A stretch of 64,000 bases of DNA. Origin: Octopus vulgaris. Its lineage: Eukaryota. Numbering within the stretch: position 1 is the stretch's first letter; every line of letters begins with the position of its first letter. The stretch is taken from assembly GCA_951406725.2 (NCBI GenBank), contig OX597817.1, positions 2,356,001-2,420,000 of the forward strand. The letters are read 5' to 3'. Of this stretch, positions 13,311 through 27,177 are shown piece after piece. The translations under genes were made by a program, and so were the position numbers. The notes beneath the pieces were generated by a model. It did no database searches and was not told the DNA's origin. It saw only the letters and a program-made list of their open reading frames with translations.

Positions 13311-15207
13311 TATATTATATATTCATAATTATAGTTAATTACTCCTATAGGATAATATAGAGATAAATAGTTTACCCTAATTTATAATACAAAAATTCAA
13401 GTAAGAAAGTGAATCACCAGAGGTTGTAGCAAGAAATATACCATAAGGGAATCAAAAGAGCCAATATTTAGTTAGGCAAAAGTTCTAATAATGATTATTA
13501 CTAAAACCGTTGTGTGAGTGTGTGTGTGTGTGTGTGTATGAACTGATAGTTTCATGACTTGAGTCTAATCTCTTAATGTCAAAATCCCGATTTAACAATT
13601 CGATGGACCGTGAACGATAAAACAAGGAGCCAGACTAAGCACTGAAGTGGTATAATTGGCGGAAACGCTTCAAAGTACCCTAGCATGATTGGATTTTAAA
13701 AAACTGCATTTCAAAGTACCTTAGCATAATTGGATTTCAAAAGATAACCAGTAAAAGAATAAATAGAACAAAATACTTATGTATATATTGATAAATTAAT
13801 AATATATTTTCGGCGTTCTTACAGAGGTATAATAAAAAGAAAAATATTGCTTGCAATTTTGTCGTCTCTGGTATGTGATGATCTGTTACAATGGGTTTTT
13901 CCTAAAAACGCATTTAGAAATAGGTGTTCTTTCGAGAAGTATATTAAAATTCCACAGCACATAACTGAATACACTTGTGTTATTCTTTCAAGTTTATGGT
14001 GTATAAATAACCACTTAATTCAAATCTATATATCTAAACAATCTGAACCAATTAGTTTGGTATAAAAGCAAATTTAGGATTGTATTTAGATCGAGTGCTT
14101 GGCAGCTTAACGTATTAAAGGCACTCCGAATTCCATAATTACTACCATACAAGCAAAACCACGAAGAGACATGAGTACATTAAAGCTTAATCTCGAATAC
14201 ATACGCTTTCAGTGGCTTCACAAGAGACAAGTCTACACAAGCAAGCTAATATCAATCATGATTACAGCCATGTTAAATAGCTAAGCCACCGTTCTGATAA
14301 CATACATAAATAAGATAGGTCTCTGTATCGTTAAAATAAATGAGCCTTGGCGTTTAAGGGATTGACTTTCATCAGAGAATTGAAAAGTGTTTTGGAAGGC
14401 TATAAATAAGTAGAAGATTGTAAGAAAAAATGGTGCTTATCACTCTATTTACTGATAACTAACCTTGTTTAGTAAGAAACAGAAACTTAAGTTGAAGTCC
14501 TTATCTTATTGCCGGTCAATTTATGCTGTCAACACCACAATCTCTAGTCACACCTGCAGTATATTGTTTTTAGTATAAGTAAATTTATATTTGTATTACT
14601 ATAGTCGACGAAATACAAATTATAAATAAATGAATTTATAAATATATAATGAAAGAAATACAAAAAATATAAAGAATATAAAGATAAGGTATCAGCTTTG
14701 ACTCTTATGTGTCTGATCTTTATGCCAAAGATTCTAGGAATGTGCTAGTTGGTTAGTTCAACCACCCTGACCTTTGCAAAGGATCTTTATATTTTCATGT
14801 ATGAACACACAGAAACTTATCTCAGTGGTATAAAAGGCATTGCAACCTTTCTTTTATCATGTTATCTATCTCTTACGACTCTTATAGAATTAAAGAGTAA
14901 CGGAGGAAACTGGGGAGGTAACCAAACGTGTTACAGGAGTTAGTTTCGTCCATCTAGTCGCCGAGTTCAATATCCTTCGTGGGTAGAAGGATTTTCAACC
15001 ATCTGCGGTCGATTAGTTATATATCTATAAAACATTGAAGGGGTACAATCATTGATCTGCACTGACTCACATTTGAAAATATTTATTGCATCTATGAAAT
15101 TATACCCTTATTTAGATCGTAGTTAAAAAAAAAAGAAAGAAAAACAGAATTCCCCGACGCTCAACATACGCAGGGAAACAAATTTGAAAATGCTTAAAAC
15201 AAGAATA

Positions 15208-15421
15208 CGAAGAGGTGCTGAAAATCTCCTGGCTTTAAGGGTATTTCGAAAGTCCGGGTTGGAGGCCCAACCTTTCGAGTTCTTTTATAGTTTTAAAAAC
15301 TGAAGGACCACTGCAATAAATGTGTGAATCTGAAAGTGGAATATGTTGAATAAAATCATAATCAAATGATCCTCCTGTATTTTCTATTACCCATAGCCAG
15401 GAACTTCTTAGCACCACCACG
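15208..15421. mobile_element. Mariner-derived MITE
   Basis: TA-flanked imperfect TIRs CGAAGAGGTGCTGAAAATCTCCTGGCT and AGCCAGGAACTTCTTAGCACCACCACG. Confidence 0.65.
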
Positions 15422-15676
15422 TAAAAGCAAGCTAAGAACGTAATTTAAAGGAGATTTGGCTGCTATATCAAGTAAGCAGAGTGGTCACAGAGGGATCCTC
15501 ACTATTTCATGAACATTAATAATAAACATACTATGAAATGTCAGTTTATATATTTATCATGTGAGAACAACTCATTCAATATTGTTGCTTGTGACGAGGA
15601 CCAAAGCCTTATGTCTTAGCGTGACATGGATCGCAGAATAATTCTGAAATGGAAGCGTAAACAAGATAAATGTAAT

Positions 15677-15894
15677 AATCCTCACTATTTACAGGCACAA
15701 ATTTGAAATTTTGAGTTAGGGGCCAAGTCGATTACATTGACTCCAGTTCTCGACTAGTACTTATTTTCTCAACCCAGAAGGGGTATAAGGCAAAATCGAT
15801 CTCGGCAGAAATCGAACTCAGAATGTAAAGACAGACAAAATGTTGCTAAGCATTTTTCTGCGGCGTGCTAACGATTCTGCTAACTCACCGCCTT
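15677..15894 (-). mobile_element. tRNA-derived SINE, family D, with TSD
   Basis: Head AAGGCGGTGAGTTAGCAGAATCGTTAGCACG...GAGTTCGATTTC. 13-bp TSD AGATAAATGTAAT at 15664-15676 and 15895-15907. A second copy is adjacent at 15915-16090. Confidence 0.8.
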
Positions 15895-16667
15895 AGATAA
15901 ATGTAATGTAATGGGTTTCAAATTTTGGCACAAGGCCAGCAATTTCGGGAGAAGAGTGAGTCAATTATATCAACCCTAGTGCTCAACTGGTACTTATTTC
16001 ATCGACTCAGAAATGACGAAAGGCAAAGTCGGCCTTGGAGGAATTTGAATTCAGAACGTAAGAGCGTACAAAATGCCGCTAAGCATTTTCTCTGAGGAAG
16101 TACGAAATCAAACTGCATCACAATCATATATTTCTTAAAGTTAATGAAATAGATCTGTGGTTTGCTTTGCTGACAGCATACCATCACACCTCGTCTCGGA
16201 ATGCGCATTATTCATTGACCACTCCACTACATTATATAGGTTTCTGTATAAATCTATAATCGATGTCAGCCATTTTAGTTCAGTCATTGGCTGTAATGGG
16301 AGAAAAGCAAATATCTGAAGTCATTTTTGATCGCAATTTGATCGCAACAAAAACATTTCGTTTTTGTTTTATTACTGTCTGCCATTTAATTTATGACTTG
16401 CCATTTCTGTAACTAGTCATTATTTCCACTGACTATTCAAGTATTTATTTTATTTTGAGCACATGATATTTTCATTTCTTACTTACGGCGTGTTTCAACT
16501 TGTGGAATAGTGACCACGTAAAAATAGAAGCAATATGAACTGTACAAACACTTAAGCATATACACACGCTCGCGCATATATCGTAAAGGTCACATATACA
16601 CATATATGTGTATGAGTTGTGTAATTGTCTACGTGTTGATGTGTGTTAATGCGTACTTATACACATG

Positions 16668-16760
<93 letters not shown>

Positions 16761-17029
16761 GTCTGTCTGTCTGTCTCCGTCTGTCTGTCTATTTACACAC
16801 ACACAGACACACCGACACATACAGACAGACAGACAGACAGACACACACACACACAGAGTAAAACTGGAAATTAAATTAAACATCACACACTGCATGAGTT
16901 AACATTTCTCAATAATGTAATCATATGTAATTACTTTTCGAAGGTGTTTTCAACTGAGATCCTGTGTGATTGTGTTTACATTCGTGCGTATGTGTGCATA
17001 TGTATCTGCCTGCATGTATGTGTGCGTGT

Positions 17030-17091
<62 letters not shown>

Positions 17092-17479
17092 AAGAAAGAA
17101 AGAAAGAGAGACAGAGAGAAATAGAGGAAGAGAGCGAAAACAAGAGAATATGCCTTGTGATTCGGAATGTCAATACTTTGAACCGTTAATCATAATGTTG
17201 TGATTTCACTGAATTACGTTGTCTAGCTCAGCTAGAAAAAAATGACTTCAAACAGTTAAGTACAGCAGCAGACATTGTTGCGTGCTTCATCATAGCTAAT
17301 CTATGTCGTCCGTTTATCTTTTCTTTTCAATTCTGTGTAGTAGCGCCACCTAATAATATTTCCCTATCTAGTTTTGTAATGCTTTGAAATTGCCCTTTAT
17401 TGTAAATGTATGCTCAACCAGCAAATAAAATAAAGTAAAATAAAATAAAATAAAATAAAATAAAATAACGAAGATACTG

Positions 17480-17730
17480 GAATAGTCGGATAGGATTTAA
17501 GGTTTTGAATTTAATTCCAATGTTGAAGTTACTATCCAAACAGCTGTTGAATATATTGAGAGGATACAACCACCCTTGTCTTAGACATAAATATTCCAAG
17601 AATGTTAGAGCTGACTGGACTCCGTAGCTGAGAGCTGAGCGATTTAGTAAAGCATATAACACATTCTGAAATACGGGAGAAGAATGATCGATGTTTGGCA
17701 AAATTGTCTGGTGACCACTTAACCCCCAAA
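17480..17730 (-). pseudogene. Decayed non-LTR reverse transcriptase fragment
   Basis: ORF 17414..17701 contains LRQGWLYPLNIFNSCLD, resembling the RT motif GVRQGCxLSPxLFN. Confidence 0.5.
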
Positions 17731-17791
17731 TTAAGTGCCTCTGTGTATGTGTTTGTGTGTATGTATGTATGTATGTATATATGTATGTATG

Positions 17792-17822
<31 letters not shown>

Positions 17823-17835
17823 ATATGTATGTATG

Positions 17836-17869
<34 letters not shown>

Positions 17870-17889
17870 TGTATGTGTGTGTGTATGTA

Positions 17890-18010
17890 TGTATAAAGTT
17901 GAAATTTACAGAAAAACAAAAGACGAATACAGGTTTATTAGTCTGACGCTCGGTTAAAGTAATTTATGTTTCGAGCCTATGCTCTTCAACAGAAAGGAAT
18001 AAGAGGAAAT

Positions 18011-18063
<53 letters not shown>

Positions 18064-19260
18064 ATAAAACACGGTGCATGACTGTTTGAGAAAAAAGTTT
18101 GACAGGAGAGGTAGAAAGAAGAGGAGATAATAAAAGTATTGGTGATCCCAAAGCGAAGGTGCGTGTGCGTGTGTGTGTATGTGAGAACGTGTGTGTGTGG
18201 ATAGGCACTAATGATTTTGACGTGTGTACGTGTGTGCATCTGTAATGTGCGGGTAAGTGGATGATGGCGTATGGGTGTGCAGATGATGGTGTGTTTTGAG
18301 GGTGCTGGGAAGTGGTCAGTGTTAGTGTGTGTGAAGTGGTGTGTGGTGGTGTGATTTGGTGTGGTCGTGTGTGGTGCGGGGTGGGGTGGAGATGTGTTGG
18401 TAGAGGTGTGAGGATGTGAGATGTGGAGTGGAGGTGTGAGTGTAGGGGTCTGGGTGGTGGGGATATCAATGAAGAGAGAAGGTGGGTAGGAGTGAAGAGG
18501 GGAAGTAGGTGTCAGATGAAGAGAGAAGAGGAAGGAAGTCAGATGAAATGAGGAGGGGTGTTGAGCCTATGTGATGCAAAAGAGCGAAGAGAGAAGATTA
18601 ATTCCTGTTCACAGCGAAGGTAGGAGTCCGGATGGCCCCTGTGTAAAGACAATCCAAACACATACAGATGTTGTAGTGAATGACCGGTAGAGCGGAAATG
18701 GCACGAGACCGAGGTGTCGTTGCTGAGTCTGATGTCTCAGAGGTGTTCCGCGAATCGGTCAACCAAGCGGCGTTCCGTTTGACCGTTGTACAGACAAGGG
18801 CAGAAAGAGGAGATGCTATAAACGATGTTGCTAGAAGTGTAGGTAAAGGAGTCGGTGATATGATAGGGATGATGATGGGTGCCTGTGAGGATGGTGGTGT
18901 TGGAGAGGTAGGGGCAAGTTCCGCAGCGTGAGGGGGAGCAGGGGGAACGAGTCAGGTTGGGAGATGGGGTTAGGGAAGAAACTGTCGACCAGGAGGTCAC
19001 CTAGGTTGTGGGTTGGTTTGAAAGAGGGAAGGTGTGCGAGGTGGCGGGGTCGGACTCGAGTCACCGGAAGGCTCGGGGAATGGTGAGTTGGAGGGGCAGG
19101 CACCCATCTCCCGTTTCCCCTCACCGTCCAGGGTGGTAGGTGAGGGGAAACGGGAGACGGGTGACGGCGTGGTGGGTGTGGGGAGAGAGAGCAGAAGTAT
19201 GGTCCATGGAACGCTCTCTGATAAGGGCTGTCTGATAGTGGTGAGGGGATATCCACAAAG
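17890..19260 (-). mobile_element. Penelope-like element 3' part (GIY-YIG endonuclease, long 3' UTR, pLTR)
   Basis: ORF 18737..19000 reads PCSPSRCGTCPY...DSFTYTSSNIVYSISSFCPCLYNGQTERRLVDRFAEH, a Cys linker followed by GIY-YIG. The pLTR-like end at 17890-18000 is homologous to 805-922. Confidence 0.85.
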
Positions 19261-20029
19261 GATGAATATATATATAGTACATACGGAACATTAATCAAAG
19301 CCTCCTACAAAATGGATGATTATCTCATTGAAGAGACCATAAAGTAGAATACAAGATGTGCTATACCTCAGTACCTCAGTTCAAACTAACAGTAAGAATG
19401 GAAACCAAAATCAAGAAAACTTTAAAACAATTCTCATCGCTATGAAATCAGTGTAAATCTGGAAACTGTAATGTTCATGATTCAAACTCTAACATTGGAC
19501 ACACAGCTACGACACTTTCTTTTTGTCTTCAATGCATTTAATCACGATATAACACGGAATACGAAAAAAGAAAAAAAGATCGTAGAAACATTACTATCGC
19601 ACTAACAGATTAGATAGCAGAGAACGGCAATCTACAACTCATTGCTTCATTACTTCTAATGCTGCATACAATAATTTGTTTGTTTTCTCTCCGTATACAT
19701 GGGTCGCGCATAATAAAATTCAAAATAAAAAGAGACAATCGAGCAGAATCAATATTTTATATTAACACAAAATAAATAAATAAATAAATGAATAAATAAA
19801 TAAGTAAATGAATAAATATATAAGTATATTAGTCAATAAATGAATAAAAAAATAATACATCCGCTTGGTAAAATTGAATGGTCTTTCATATATGATATTT
19901 TAAGCAATGAGTGTTTTAACCTTCCTAAGTGAATAGAGTAATACAGCCTCACAACATCACATACTGTTTTGCAATACAATTTACACGAACCTTCGATTCT
20001 CAGGAGCGGGTGGGGATAGAAATAGATGA

Positions 20030-22760
20030 TGTTTACTTGTCTACTGAGGAAAGCTGGCGCCATATATTGTTTCTTATTCTAGAAACAATACATTCAGAGC
20101 ACCCTCCACCATTGCTAATTTGGTCACTCAGGTAACAGAAAATATCTACGACCTCAAGAGAGCCTCTTGCGAATTTGAGAGAATTTAAGTCACGTGTTCT
20201 GTTGGTGCTTATTGTTCCTGCACATCTGCCACAAACGAAGACGACATTACCTGTTAATCTATAGATGATTCCACTGAATCTCTTATGTATCCATAACTTA
20301 TACTGGATGCAGTGAATGGAATTATTTCCAACTCCTTTCCTACATATTGAGCAGGGCCATTTACATGACGGAAAGAAAATCTTATCTTCTTTTTTGCTAA
20401 CAACAACTTCGGTCTTTGCTAGGTTAACTTTAAGGTCCTTTGGTTCCAGGTTTTGCTTCCATAGCTGGAATTTCTTCTCCAATTCAGCTACAAATTTTGA
20501 AAATAAGAGCGAGGTCATCAGCATAAAATAGTTCCCAAGGGCATCTAGTTTTGAATTAATCTGTTATGGCCCGGAGGACTATAAGGAATGAGAGTGGGCC
20601 GTGAGCTGAACCTTGGTGAACCCCTACTTGTGCTCTAAATTCAGCCCGGTATTCGTAGCCGACTCTCGCCTTACTGACAGCACCTCTGTACAGGGCTTGC
20701 ATAGCTCTCACAAGCCACTCCTCTAATCCTAACTTCGGGTCTAGTTAAACTGATTCACAGAATTTGAATTTTTTAAAAGGAAGTAAAATATCTGAAAATC
20801 CGTTATATTGATGTAGTTTTCCATTCTTATTTCATTGAATCTATGATCATGTGGAGAAAAAATTCGAAGAAAAAGTTACTGGGGTTTAAAAATCGAAAAA
20901 AAAAGCCCTATGTATTTGTAACCAATAGTGAGACAGCGGTGTTAACTTAGCGTTGTCAGCATTAAGGTCGTACCCTGTGAAATTTATAATTTAGTGTCTG
21001 TGAAATAGTCTCTTATCTGTGTTTACTTTATGCATATTTCAAAATTATGTATACCTCTCATGTACATCATTAATATATAAGAGCATGTGGATGTATGTAT
21101 TTATATGTAAGTTTATATGTACATGTGAATCTATTTAACTAGATCCCACACACAACACACTCACACACAGCATACATATATGCACACACATACACACATG
21201 CACACATACACTCACATGAACGCACATACATACCCCCCACACAATACACTCACACACAACATACACACATGCACACACATATACACACACATATACACAT
21301 GCACACACACGCATGCACACACACACGCATGCACACACACGAACGCAATATACCTCCTCACACACAACACCCACACATACATACACGTACATACACGCAC
21401 ACAGACACACATGCAGTACAAAAACGGGTGAAGGGAAACACAACAAAACGTGCGTTTGTCATGGTAAGAAACTGTTAATGCCACGCTGTCTGTTGATTGG
21501 CTAAAATTACCCAAATTCCCCAACTTTAATTCCAAAGAACTTCAGATTCTTTAATTTACGAGATAAAGTAATTGGTCGATCGTAATCAAAACTCATAGTA
21601 GCATCCATACACCAAAATTGAAAGCAATCTGAGCAAAATTAAAGGGGGTTCATTTTGTGAATCAATTTAACTCAACCCCTTACATCCGTAGATACCACCA
21701 GATAATAAAGTGGAGGACTCTGTCGAAAGCTTTCGCCAAGTCGACGAAGGCGAAGTACAATGACTTACTTTTGGCCAAATACTTTTTCCACAGCTGTCTC
21801 ACTAGGAAGATGGCATCTGTGGTACTCTTCCCAGGCACAAAACCAAACTGCATCTCGTCTAGTTTAATTCTATTTCTAATCAATTGAGCTAAAACACTCT
21901 CAGTAACTTTCATGACTTGGTCTTAGCTGTTCAATGCCTCTGTAGTTGTTTCTGTCTCAGGTATCATCTTTACCCTTGTAGCAGCTAACTACGATACTAC
22001 TACAACAATCACTGGGGATGGCACCTTCCTATACGGGTAACTAGGCTGTATCCTACACTACCGGAAAATCCTGATGGCCCATGTGCTTTCCTCTGTTTTT
22101 ATATCGTTAATTGCCTTATCTATTATGCTGCTATCAACTCTGATGACTGGTTTCTCAATTGGTTCGATATTTGATAGACTTTCATAGTGACGCTTTCATG
22201 CATCTTTCTTCTCCATTTGACGCATTTCTCATCCATCACATCTTTATTCTCTCTGATATACTGCTTTGCAATCCTGAGCACGTCACGCCTCTGATCCTCA
22301 CTCTGTAGAACATTTGCAAATCTCTTACCTTCTGCTATTCCTTTTGCTATGTAAACTTGATGCCTAGCTGCCCTTTTGGATACCTGATATTCTCTGCTTC
22401 CACCATTTTTCCAGTCTTTCCAGGCCTGTTTCTTTGCTTTTATAGCACTATCTGCTTCCTTGTTCTACGACCATGTTACCCTTGGTCTAACTGGGACTCT
22501 GCACTAACCTCAGATTTCCTCTGTAGCCCTCAGTAGATTGCCCCACAGGAACTTCCAATTGTCTTGTAAGACTCCCCTCTCTTTTGTGAGAAGCTTCCAT
22601 TAGAAAATCTAAATTTCTGTTTATTTGCTGGGTCTTTGAGCTTCCACAGTTTTCATTTCCAGATCGGTTTAATTCTCCGAGTCTTTCTAGCTCTAATTCT
22701 GAAGTCACTAACTATGTTGGATTGAACACTCTTCACCTGGGAAAGACTTAGTATTTGATA
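20030..22760 (-). mobile_element. RTE-clade LINE ORF remnant, interrupted by a TIR element
   Basis: RT motifs QFGFVPGKSTTDAIF...FVDLAKAFDRV (21680-21913) and CPWELFYADDL (~20510-20545), plus a Cys-rich CSIC...HKR...CGRC insertion. Many stops. Confidence 0.9.
20737..21679. mobile_element. Non-autonomous DNA transposon nested in the RTE LINE
   Basis: ~30-bp TIRs GGGTCTAGTTAAACTGATTCACAGAAT and ATTTTGTGAATCAATTTAACTCAACCC. RTE sequence (WWxLR|KLGLEEW) resumes on either side. Confidence 0.7.
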
Positions 22761-22769
22761 TTTAAATCA

Positions 22770-22985
22770 AATACTGGTTTCAAATTTTGGCAAAAGGCTA
22801 GCAAGATCAGGGGAGCGCGTAAGTTGACCACACCGACTCCAGTACTTAACTGGTATTTTATCGAACCCGAAATGATGAAAGGCAAAGTCGACCTTGGTGA
22901 TATTTGAACTCAGAACGTCAAGACGGATGAACTGCCGCTAATCATTTTGCCCAGCGTGTTAACGATTCTGCCAGCTCACCGCCTT
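22770..22985 (-). mobile_element. SINE family D
   Basis: Head AAGGCGGTGAGCTGGCAGAATCGTTAACACG. Flanked by the degenerate direct repeat GTATTTGA..TTAAAT. Confidence 0.8.
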
Positions 22986-23596
22986 TGTATTTGAATTAAA
23001 TATTAGTCTTAATATTAGCCTAAGTATTAGTCTTAATACTAGTCTTAATATACACACACACGCGCACAGACATATAGAGATGTATGTATTAACAGAATTA
23101 ATAACGAGTGAAAACTTTCAGTAAGAGCCGATCGGTGATAGTGATAAATATTTTAGATTTATATGGAGCATTGTCTCTCAGTCACTTTCTCACTCTTTTA
23201 GTCGCTCGCCGCATACCCTCACCCTCCCTGACCGAAACAATGAAACTGTATTACATCATATAGATTGCCCATATGTCAACTGCCAACTCAACTTGTATAC
23301 ATCATCATTTCAGTTGACCTTTGTAGTAACAGACATAGTAGTAGAGAGCGTCCGCATCCCGAGTACATCGCACATAGTTCAGTTAGGGTCATTCTTGTGT
23401 CAGCTATTTTTAGATATTGAGTACATTTCAGATCGTGAAATAACCCTGTGTGTCTGTATGAGATGTAGAACAAAGGCAGGGGAAGAGAGAAAGGGGTGGA
23501 GAAAGACAGGGAGAGTCGATATCTGCTCGTAAAATATGAGGTTTAAGTTCATAAGCCGTTAAGAGAGCAATTTCTAAAGTATCGGACAAAGTAGAT

Positions 23597-24265
23597 CTCC
23601 TCCTCCCCTCCTCCTCCTCCTCCGTCTCCCTCCTCCTCCTCCTCCGTCTCCCTCCTCCTCCTCCGTCTCCCTCCTCCTCCTCCGTCTCCCTCCTCCTCCT
23701 CCGTCTCCCTCCTCCCCCTCCGTCTCCCTCCTCCTCCTCCGTCTCCCTCCTCCTCCTCCGTCTCCCTCCTCCTTCTTCGTCCTCCTCCTCCTCCTTCGTC
23801 CCCTTCGTCCCCCTCCTCCTCCTTCGCCTTCTCCCACTCCTCCCCCTCCGCATCCATCTCTTTCTCCTGTCTCTTTTTTCTTCTCTACCTCCGCCTCCCT
23901 TCCTCCTCTTGTTTCTCTTCCTGTTTCGCCTCCTCTTTCTCCTCCACCTTCTCCACCTCCTATTTCACCTCTTCCTCCTTCTAACCGCCTCCTTCACATG
24001 CCTTTTCTTGCTCACCTTCTTCTTTTTCTTCTTCTTCTTCTTCTTCTTCTTCATCTTCTTCTTCGTCTTCTTCTTCTTCTCCTTCTTCTTCTTCTTCTTC
24101 TTCTCCTTCTTCTTCTTCTTCTTCTTCTTCTCCTTCTTCTTCTTCTTCTTCTTCTTCTTTCTCCTCCTCCTCTTCCTCCTCCTCCTCCTTCTCCACTGGA
24201 GAGATAGGGAGGGAGAGAGAGAGAGAGATAGAGGGAGAGAGAGAGAGAGAGAGAGGGAGGGAAGT
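23597..24265. repeat. Polypyrimidine tract: ~19-22 bp (CTCCTCCTCCTCCGTCTCC) minisatellite, (CTT)n, then (GA)n
   Basis: Directly visible. It explains the spurious E/G/R/F-rich ORFs here. Confidence 0.95.
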
Positions 24266-24597
24266 TTTGCCCCTTAGTCAGTGGCGGATAACAGGAAATG
24301 GAAGTGTCAGTAGATGCAGATGCGTTGGATGGATCTGGGCTAAGAAATAAGAAAAAAGAGAAGAAATCATTTGCAGAGGGAGATAAGACAAAAAATAAAA
24401 GCGATACGGTTGCTATGTACAGTTTAAGGAAGGCATGCTGTGATTTTGTTTTTCTGATCCATTGTCACATCGTGTTGCTAGTCACGACAGTATTCACACG
24501 GATCAATACATATATGATGACACAGATATTAAAAGCAAAGACTTATACATTGATGGTGACGACAGATACACATAATTTTATATACATTCGAAGATAA

Positions 24598-24905
24598 ACA
24601 TTCGAAGACTACAGATGCAATCTATCACTGGAACTGTAAAAATCTGTAAAACTTTCCAGAAGTTCATCATTTGAATGTATATATATATGTCTAGATATGC
24701 AACTATATGCATGAGAATACATACATAAATCATACAAATCTGCACATACATACATACATACATACATACATACATACATACATACATACATACATACAAA
24801 AATACATGTTGTTGATGTTGAAGTTCCAAGGAAGGAACCTTGGATCTAGGTTAGAAACGGGTTCTTTCTCCGTTGGCAAGAAATCTTGAAATAAACAGAA
24901 TAATG
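24598..24905 (+). mobile_element. 3' end of an RLE-type non-LTR retrotransposon followed by (TACA)n
   Basis: Encodes IRRLQMQSITGTVKICKTFQKFII*. UTR has an internal (TACA)n, then AATAAA, then (CATA)n. Homologous to 9155-9515. Confidence 0.6.
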
Positions 24906-24984
24906 ACATACATACATACATACATACATACATACATACATACATACATACATACATACATACATGCATACAGAAACATGCAGA

Positions 24985-25305
24985 TGCAGGCGTGGTTGTG
25001 TGACAAGGAGCTTGCTCCCCAATCACATGGTTCCGGGTTCAGTCCCACTGCGTGGCATCTTGGGCATGTACTTTATTTTTTATTATATTCTCAGTTTGAC
25101 TAAAGCTTTGTGTGTGGATATGGTACACGGAAACTGAAAGAAACCCTTCATATGTATATGTGTGTGTGTGCGGTTTGGCAAAAAGAGACCGATTAAATAA
25201 GTACTAGGCTTGAAAAAGAAGAACACTGGGGGTCGATTTTTTTGATTAAAAATACCTTCAAGGTGGTGCCCCAGTGTGGCTGCAGACTGAAACAAGTAAA
25301 ACATA
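24985..25305 (+). mobile_element. SINE family A
   Basis: GCAGGCGTGGTTGTGTGACAAGG...GGTTCCGGGTTCAGTCCCACTGCGTGGCA head followed by the family tail. Confidence 0.8.
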
Positions 25306-25781
25306 ATTAATTCTAATCAAGTGAGGAAGCTGATGAATTGTTCGGAGACAGTCAAGAATGAGCTAATGAATTCTTTCCACCTGTTATGCTGATTTTGCTA
25401 TTGATCAATCGCCTTCAAAGTTCATCATCCAATAAACACTCGACTATCATTGAAAGAAACGTGCCGCTCATGAACCTATTTCGTTCGAAGAAAATAAAAT
25501 GTTTTCCAAAAGATGAAAGTTTTGGTGTAAGAATATCTGATGCAGAGATATTACACGAAATTCTCAGCCATAATATCAAGGTCGCAGTTGTTCTTAAATA
25601 ACTTTACAAAATCTCAATAATAAATAAAGCACGTGTAGATGGCATAAAGCTTATTTGTTGACTGACAAAGCAAGATGGACACCGATGTTTGTCAGCTGTG
25701 GAAACATTTCCATTGGACAGAATAATTATGACGCATGCGCACCTGGCCCTTTCTGATAGCATCTTATGTATAGGCAAAGAA

Positions 25782-25849
<68 letters not shown>

Positions 25850-26097
25850 TAGGCACACATGAGTGTTAGAGTGCAAAAGTTTCCCTTTCATGTATGTATG
25901 TATGTATGTATGTATGTATGTATGTATGTGTGTATGTATGTATGTATGTATGTATGTATGTATGTATGTATGTATGTATGTATGTGTGTATGTATGTATG
26001 TATGCATGTATGTATGTATGTATGTATGTATGTATGTATGTATGTGTGTATGTATGTATGTATGTATGTATGTATGTATGTATGTATGTATGTATAT

Positions 26098-26340
26098 ATG
26101 GAGGAGCGTGGCTAAGTGATTAGGGTGTTACTCTCAGAATGGTAAGATTGTAATTTCGATTCCTGAACTGAGGAATTACGGTGTGTTTTTGAGCAAAACA
26201 TTTCATTTCACGTTGCTCCAGTCCACTCAGCTAGAAAAGAAATGAGTTATACTGCGACGGACCGACGCAAAGGATGAATACATATGCCACATAATCCGGA
26301 AAACCAGACTTATGTGCCTATGGCTCGGGAAGGTCCTTTA
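26098..26340 (+). mobile_element. SINE with family B-like head, decayed
   Basis: GGAGGAGCGTGGCTAAGTGATTAGGG...TTTCGATTCC...TTGCTCCAGTCCACTCAGCT. A similar copy lies at 56865-57090. Confidence 0.65.
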
Positions 26341-27111
26341 ATTTCCGTTTTTATGTACATATGACTGAATGAATGGATGGTTATATGGAAGGTTGCCTGG
26401 ATCAGAAATAGACGGTTGGATGCATCGCTGGGCGGAAGAATGGATAGCTACATATATCTCTATAAATGCATATATATATATTCATATACCAATGAATGAA
26501 TGTATATATGTGTACGCATGCGTATGTGCATGTTATTTTCCACATACTTATGCATGTATGTAGACATGTTTGCTCTTGTCCAATTGTCTAAAGCAAGTGA
26601 AATACGGTTCGGGAATGAGTACATCTATATGAGTAAAAGATCGAACAAGAGAAACTAGGAACGAGAATGAAACATGTATGTAATGAAGTTACTAAACAAG
26701 TACTATTAGTATGCATAATATCGTGTATGAATGACTGTGTGTATACAAGTTCATGTATAGGTATGTGTGTGTCTATGTATTTTAAGTATTTAAAGATGTG
26801 AATGTGCGCACGTGCTCGTTAGTGAGCGAAACGGAAAACGTGGGTCATATCCTCATATGACTGTACATATGGAATTTCTGCAGATGTATATGATTATATG
26901 TTTATGTCACTGTTAACGTACGTTTGTGCGCATGTGTGAACGTTCGTAAGTGTGTGTAGGATTCTAAGCATGCACGTGAATGCCTGTTGAGAACGCAAAC
27001 TCAGGCCATGCGTTTGTTTTAACACACATGTATCTATGAGTAATGGAACGCTCTTCGGTTCCATACTATTATGTGTATATATGTATATATATGTGTATTT
27101 GTACGTATATG

Positions 27112-27177
<66 letters not shown>

